64,000 bases of DNA from the human T2T-CHM13v2.0 reference genome, Homo sapiens, in the NCBI RefSeq assembly GCF_009914755.1, contig NC_060935.1; one strand, given 5' to 3'. The position numbers and the translations under genes were made by a program. A model generated the notes under the pieces. That model was not told the origin of the DNA. It saw only the letters and a list, made by a program, of their open reading frames with translations, and made no database searches. Below are positions 57,368 to 64,000 of this stretch, one piece after another. Positions within the stretch are counted from its first letter, which is position 1. The number at the start of each line of letters is the position of its first letter.

Positions 57368-60300
57368 CAGATCTGTGTTAAGATATTATAGTCCAGTGAA
57401 CAGTTTCAGCAATAACTGCCAGTTTTGAAACCTTCAATGTTTCTTCACATTTCTTTGTTTGATACTTAGGGGAATAGTGGGAAAAAATAGGTGACCCTTT
57501 ATGTGGAAAATACATCACCTTCTTTAATCAAGATATCATGAAAGAAACACAGTGGTTTCCATTCAGATTAATTTATTCTCCAGATGTCCTGATAGAGTGA
57601 TTCAGCTGTGATAAAACGGTGGAGTCAGGTTTAGTTCTCCTCTTCGCGAGCTAGTTCTCACACAATGAGTTGAATACAGTTCTCAGAAATCATTCTTACT
57701 TTCTTCCTCTTCTCCATCAACTTCCTCAGTCTGGGGATGAGAGATAGTATAATTCTGAGTAATCAGGCTCCTCTTGAAATCCCATTTCAGCAGAAAACTG
57801 GCTGGGTTCCTAGCCAAAAAAGAACACCTGCCAGACTGACTTTTCCCTAGGTAATGTAAGAAGCACAGATGTCATCAGTCACTGTTTCCTTAACAATATA
57901 TTTCCACTGGCCACAGTCTGGCCTTGTTTCTTCCATTTCTGCTTCCACCTCTCATACAACTACAAAAACAGCCCTTGACTTTTAAAATGAACTCCATTTT
58001 CAAAGCTAGAAAGGCATTTGAGAAGGGCAGGCCACTTGAGAAAATGTTTCTTGTATTTTATTTCATTTGATACCAAGAGTTTCTGTCTTTTGTCTAAGAA
58101 GACTGCAAAATGGAATTACTTTCCATACAGACTTGTGATTGTCATTTTTTAGTGGAGGAACCAGTTGAACATCAATTTACTCTTTGGTTAATTACCACAT
58201 GGCAGCAAAATTGTGCCAAGCATGATCCTCCTAAAGTTCAGGCCTCAGGCCATGTGCTTTCTTGATGCTGTCAGTCTGATTTTCTTCTGGATGATCGACC
58301 CCTTCTCCCAATGCCCCTCCCTTTCTTCATCCTTGCTTTCCTCATGGAAGCCCTTATTTGTGGTGATAAGGAAAACAGTACCACTTCTAGCAATGGCATA
58401 AACATATTTTACATGTATATACACACATTTATATTTAAACATATTTTATAAACACATATAGAAAGAGATACACATAGAAAAATACTGAAAACAGGAACTA
58501 TAGACAACATTCATTGGTCCTGTGACCCTACCCTCAGTCCTAGAATGTGGTTCTGCATTATTGGAAGGAAATGATGTGCTCTTTATTCAACTTTTATATA
58601 TCTTGTTTTATTATCATCGTCCCATTCAGAAATAACCTTTCAAAAAATCTCTTAGAACAGAAATCTATTAGTGTTGGGGTGAATGTATCTATAGACCAAG
58701 TATAATATGACAGAACAAACTCAGAACACAAAGTAATTGCCCTAATCACTAACTTAATGTTAAGTAGTTTTCTCATTTTTTGATGAAAGCTATTTTTAAG
58801 GTTCTTTGAATCCATGATTATTTTGTTCCTCTAATTTCCCCCTGTGACCTGTATAGATTCATGTTCTTATATATCTATTTAGTCAATGTGTATTTAATGA
58901 ATATTTATTTGCCATTAAGATGTGCTTTACATCAATGATTTTAAAATATAATGAAATACCATCTTAACTCCAAAGGAACTCAGTCTAGCAAGAAGACATT
59001 AAGGTTAACCACTAAATGAGATACAATATGCTATGATAAAAATAAGTGCCAAAAGCCATAGGTTTATATGTCAGCAAAATTAAGGATGGCAAAAAGGACT
59101 AATGGCAATGTATATATTAAAGTTGGTTCTTTTGTTCTTTTCCCCCCAAAATAGTGTTGGTTCTCTTTGTATACATCCTCACTGAGTCATAATTGTACAT
59201 GCGATAAATTTATGAGATAAATTTAATTTCAGGGTTTTTTTCCTTTTTTTTTGGTTATTCTTCTATTGTCTTATGCTTTCAAACTTTCTGGAACATTTCT
59301 TATTCTAGGAAAAACAAGTTGTTTAATTCCTTTACATTAACATTCAATTGAGTTCATGTTTTACTCTCTGCACAGTTTTTGCTTAGAAGGCTGATTAAAG
59401 TCAAAAATCGAATTATTTGAAGGAATGATTGCATTTCTTTCATGACATAAATGGGGTAGACCCCATGACATCTTTGTGGAAGAATTCGGGTGAGGAAAAT
59501 CCAGGCCAATTTCTAAATTTGTTCTATCTAGCTTCTAAATTCAGACTGCACATCATTTACGGCTTTCTGTTTCTTCCATGGAAACTTTTCCTCAAAACAC
59601 AGGAGATTATTGTTTTGGGTTGTTTGGTTGGTTGGTTAGTTGAAGAGCAGACAGAGTGGGTGGTTCCCCATCAGGGAAAACATAAACATAAAATTGTTCC
59701 TAAAATCGTGGACTATTATATTATCATCTAGTAATCACAACTATTCATAAGCTTTATGCACATATCATTTAGATTATGTATTTTTAGAAGAGTGGGAGAA
59801 TAGATATAACAGGGATAAAAATCTGATATTCAGGCATCAATTACATAGAACACACATAAGCTATAAAACATGGTCAAAGAAGTAGGGTTTGATAGGTAGG
59901 AATTACTGAGATGGAGTGAGTTGCAGGGTAAATCTGAGTATATGAGAGATTAATTCTTAGAGAAAATCTTAGAGTTCAAAATAAGATGAAACAATAGTCT
60001 CCTTAAAAAAACAACTTGTTAAACTCACTCTCATTTATTTTGAAACTGGGTAAAATTAATATGATTAAAATTATACTGAAGTAACATAAACTCTATGTTA
60101 ACATACTTTCTATTCTGGTTTTCAATAGGTTGACCTTGACAACCCAAATGTGCATGGTCTTTTTAGTCCTCCAAAAGTAGGAACCCAGCTGATTATGTAT
60201 AGTCTATAATTTCAGTTGGTTTCCTGCTCATTATCCTCCAGCATCATCACTGTCATTAGCTAACTTATGCCTTAGTGCAGTCATTTGCCTTCAGATGTCT

Positions 60301-60480
60301 TTGGGGCCTGAACTTTACATGGTTATGATTTAATGTGATATTCCTATGCTCACATGATGTCCATAGATAAATAACAAGTTTAAAGTCATTAAGGGTTCAG
60401 GGGCCGTGGAGTCCTTGGAGCAAATTAACATAAATGCAGCCTAATTAAGACAAATGAATGTGCCTGCTCTTCTATTTCAG

Positions 60481-60588
60481 GTGAAACGAATTTCTGAAGA
60501 TCCTCCTTGCAAATGCCCAAACAAGTTCTGTGTGGAGCGGCTCTCCCAAGGAAGATACCGAGTGGGAGAAAAGATCCTCTTCATTAGG
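60481..60588 (+). CDS. GAS2: GAS2 internal coding exon (108 nt, phase 0 to 0), start of GAR microtubule-binding domain
   Basis: Acceptor ctcttctatttcag|GTG and donor ATTAGG|gtaaag. Encodes VKRISEDPPCKCPNKFCVERLSQGRYRVGEKILFIR, with the GAR-type CxC..F.V....G.YR.G motif; lies inside ORF 60454..60657. Confidence 0.96.
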
Positions 60589-63235
60589 GTAAAGTTTTAC
60601 TTTTCACTTATCTTGTTTTTATGGGAAGATTCAGAATTTGAGTTAGGGGAAATATGACAGATAAGAGCAGGAACTTCCATATGGTGCTTACGTTTAAAGA
60701 TACATGGTATGAATTTTTTTAAAGTAACATACATTATAATGTACTACTGAAGGCTAAATACAACTGTTTTCTCTTTGTACATATACCAAAACGCATATAC
60801 ACCAAAGACACCATGGAGATCAAATAGATGAAGAAGGCTTTCCACTTGTGTTATGTTTTGCTAAGAATCAAGATAATTTAATCTCTCAAAGTAAGTTTGT
60901 GGCTTTTACTAAGACCAATAATTCTTTTTTTAAAAAAAAGAAAAGAAAAGAAAATGAAAAATAGAGATACATTCCTAGAAATCTGCAGTTGTAAATAAAA
61001 GTAATTTGCTGCTTTATGGTTTAGTCATTTCTAAAGGAACAGAGGTTGTGATGTTTTTTAAAAAAGCTATATTCTTTCCTCAGTTGAAAAAGTTAAAAAA
61101 TATCCTGCTGTTTTGTAGAATAGAATGATTTGAATACGTACATCTAGTACCAGCAATGTGTAGTCTCACAATACTCAAATCTGCAATGACTCTGTTGAAA
61201 TTTTGCCCTTGTAAAGTTTTCTTAATTTCTACTTTTGACCAAAACTTATTGGTATAACAGGTCTTTTTAAAGGCCCTGCAACATGTAGTTGCAAAAAGAA
61301 AGTTTAATCATAATTTTAGCCTTAAAATATAATGTTAATGGTTTTGAATTTTAATCTAATTTTAGATTAGCATTTACTAATATATTTCTTAAATTTCCAG
61401 GAAATAATTGCTATTCTGCTTTGGAATAGCAGCAAAAGTATATAACAATGTGTTATTATTGGAGTATGAGACAGATCTGCGTAGATGGCCTCACTAGGAA
61501 AGGCAGTTGTCTGAGTTGCTTATTGTTCTTTTGTTCTTTATTGCAAGGATAGCATACATATTTTGTTAAGTCAAACTGCCTGCTGTCATGTTAGTACATT
61601 AAATAATAGTGATCTAGAATCTCCACAGATGTGTTTAAATTTTACCGGGTTGACCTTTCTCAATTGATAATCAGTCTCCTTTAGAATATTAGGCTCCAGA
61701 GCTTAGAATCAAAACAGAGAGAGTCATTTGTTTAAACAGTTATTCCTTTTTGTAATAAAAGTGTTAATAAAGCACATGATTAATAAATTATATACTTCTC
61801 CCTGCAATGTAACCTAATATCTTCAGTCAAAAATATATATTACATATGTTTATTTGCATCTGTGATTTCAGATGCAAATTTAGTCATTTGTCAAGGATTT
61901 TAATGTCCACATTTGTGAATAACATGTTTTTATAGTCCTTACTATATAAGGCAGGTTTTTTGATATTCCATTTTTCTTTTCAAGAAATAGTTATCTTTTG
62001 ATTAAATCTATTCACGCATTATTTATAGAGAAATTGAGATTTGCTGTACTGAAAAAATTGTATCAAATTTCTTAGGGATATTAATTTAATATCAACTAAT
62101 ACATAAGAACATATTGTGCACACTCAGTTTCTTACTTCTAATGTTCCAGGTGAACCTGCAATAAGAGAGTTAACTGTGATGTGGTTATTCACTGATTAGT
62201 CCAGCAAGTAATGGCATCATGCTATTATGACATGTTTTAGAATAGTGTCTTAACGAACGTTAATCATTTATTCTCTTGATTTTTATACTATCCACATACA
62301 ATTTTACTATTTTTATAACATTTCCCTTTAAAATGAAACGTTTTTTAAAAACTTAATTTTTAGCAAAGATAAATTTCTGTCACTGCCTAAATTACAAACC
62401 GAAACTATTTGTCAAAAAAGGAAAACATTCTTGAACATATATTGATTGAAATACCTATCCTTTGGCTTGTCATAAGTTCATTTCCACCCTGAAGGAGTAA
62501 TATGATTCTAAAAAAGGCTCCTGTCTATGTGTCTGGTTATCCGTGGAGGCTTAAAAATTAAAATTTCATAGGCAGGTCACATGTGCCTTGAATTGTATAT
62601 TTTTCCCTATTTCCTCCTCTGTGTTAACTAGAAAAACTAAACATGTCTCCTTGATGTGCATATGATTATGCTAGTACTTTCAGTTTGTGGTAGGGACTAT
62701 ATTTAATTGATTGCCATTCTGCTCCTTACTAATGTAAGGAACTGGCAGTTACTACTCAAAAAATCTCATAGGTATTGAATTGGTTTTCAAATGATCATAT
62801 GGTTGTCACTGCTAATGTTTTAACTATATTTCCTTGAACACCTGGATTAAGTAGTAAGTGCCTGTAGTCAAATTCTCACACATACTAGGTGAACAACTGC
62901 CTCATAGTGTCTTCATTGCAGTTCTTGCATTTCTTAAATTTGCATCTTTCACATGGGCGTATTTTAAACTTTGTCATATCTTTTTTGAGGCTGCCTAATA
63001 CGGTCATATTTACTGACAGTATTTATGTATATTATTCTATAAAGTATACATACAATGACACATACATTGTGTCTTAACATTTGTCCCCTAGTTAGTTGTT
63101 CACCCTGAGAGCAGCAGTGTATTCATATGGTCATAATGAACCTGTCCAATGCAAAGAACAATTCAGGGTCACTTAAGGCTAATGAGACTGTTTACCTTTA
63201 CTTAAAGATAAAACAATTACCAGAACACTAACTCA

Positions 63236-63613
<378 letters not shown>

Positions 63614-64000
63614 CTAACACTGTTAACTCTTGACTGATGCTTAACTAAGCCAGGGTTAACAATTCCATTGCTAACCACCTTACAAGGTTTGTTGACCACA
63701 CCTAATCACTTTATGTGTCGACTTATGATTATGTATGTATATGAACATATCTTCCCTATACACTCAAACAGATACAGTAACAACAACTATGAATGAAAAA
63801 ATAAGAATGCCTGCAAATTTCAAAGGAAGACCGGGAAGATATTTTCTGCAGAGAATATCTTTACTAAGCATATGTCTTGTCTGTGGGTTTCTGGAAACCA
63901 ATGTATGAATAGATACTTCCCATACATGGCTATCTAATGTGTACTTATGTATTAATAGAGGCATCTATGTACTTTTGTAGACAGGCTTGTTTATGTTCAT

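Noticed and set aside
57234-57428. Lys/Arg-rich protamine- or NLS-like ORF
   Set aside because: Translation of an A/G low-complexity tract; starts at TTG.

Overview
This is AT-rich hominoid (human-like) genomic DNA from the middle of the GAS2 gene (growth arrest-specific 2) on the + strand. Four internal coding exons are present: 30915-31056, 42333-42396, 53755-53896 and 60481-60588. All have canonical AG/GT boundaries and compatible phases. Spliced together they give one open 152-codon frame covering the C-terminal part of the calponin-homology (CH) domain, the Pro/Ser linker and the start of the GAR domain. The rest is intronic and dominated by transposable elements: a twin-primed 5'-inverted L1PA3-like insertion, short L1PA2- and L1PA3-like 3' fragments, a full-length L1PB-type element carrying three nested Alus, an older truncated L1, eight Alus in total, L2/MIR/hAT fossils and microsatellites. 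Almost all long ORFs in the track are L1 ORF2 pieces or Alu/low-complexity artefacts. I found no convincing new gene or system. The best leads are: (i) a reconstituted (recursive-type) 5' splice site at the start of the third exon, with two independent routes to the same CH-only truncated product; (ii) a perfect 31-bp multi-hairpin that looks like an iterative templated-insertion repair scar, plus two smaller similar scars; (iii) a close inverted pair of young L1 3' ends able to form a ~0.6 kb dsRNA stem; (iv) a lone antisense Alu next to the first exon. Subfamily calls and cDNA numbering come from recall and were not computed.
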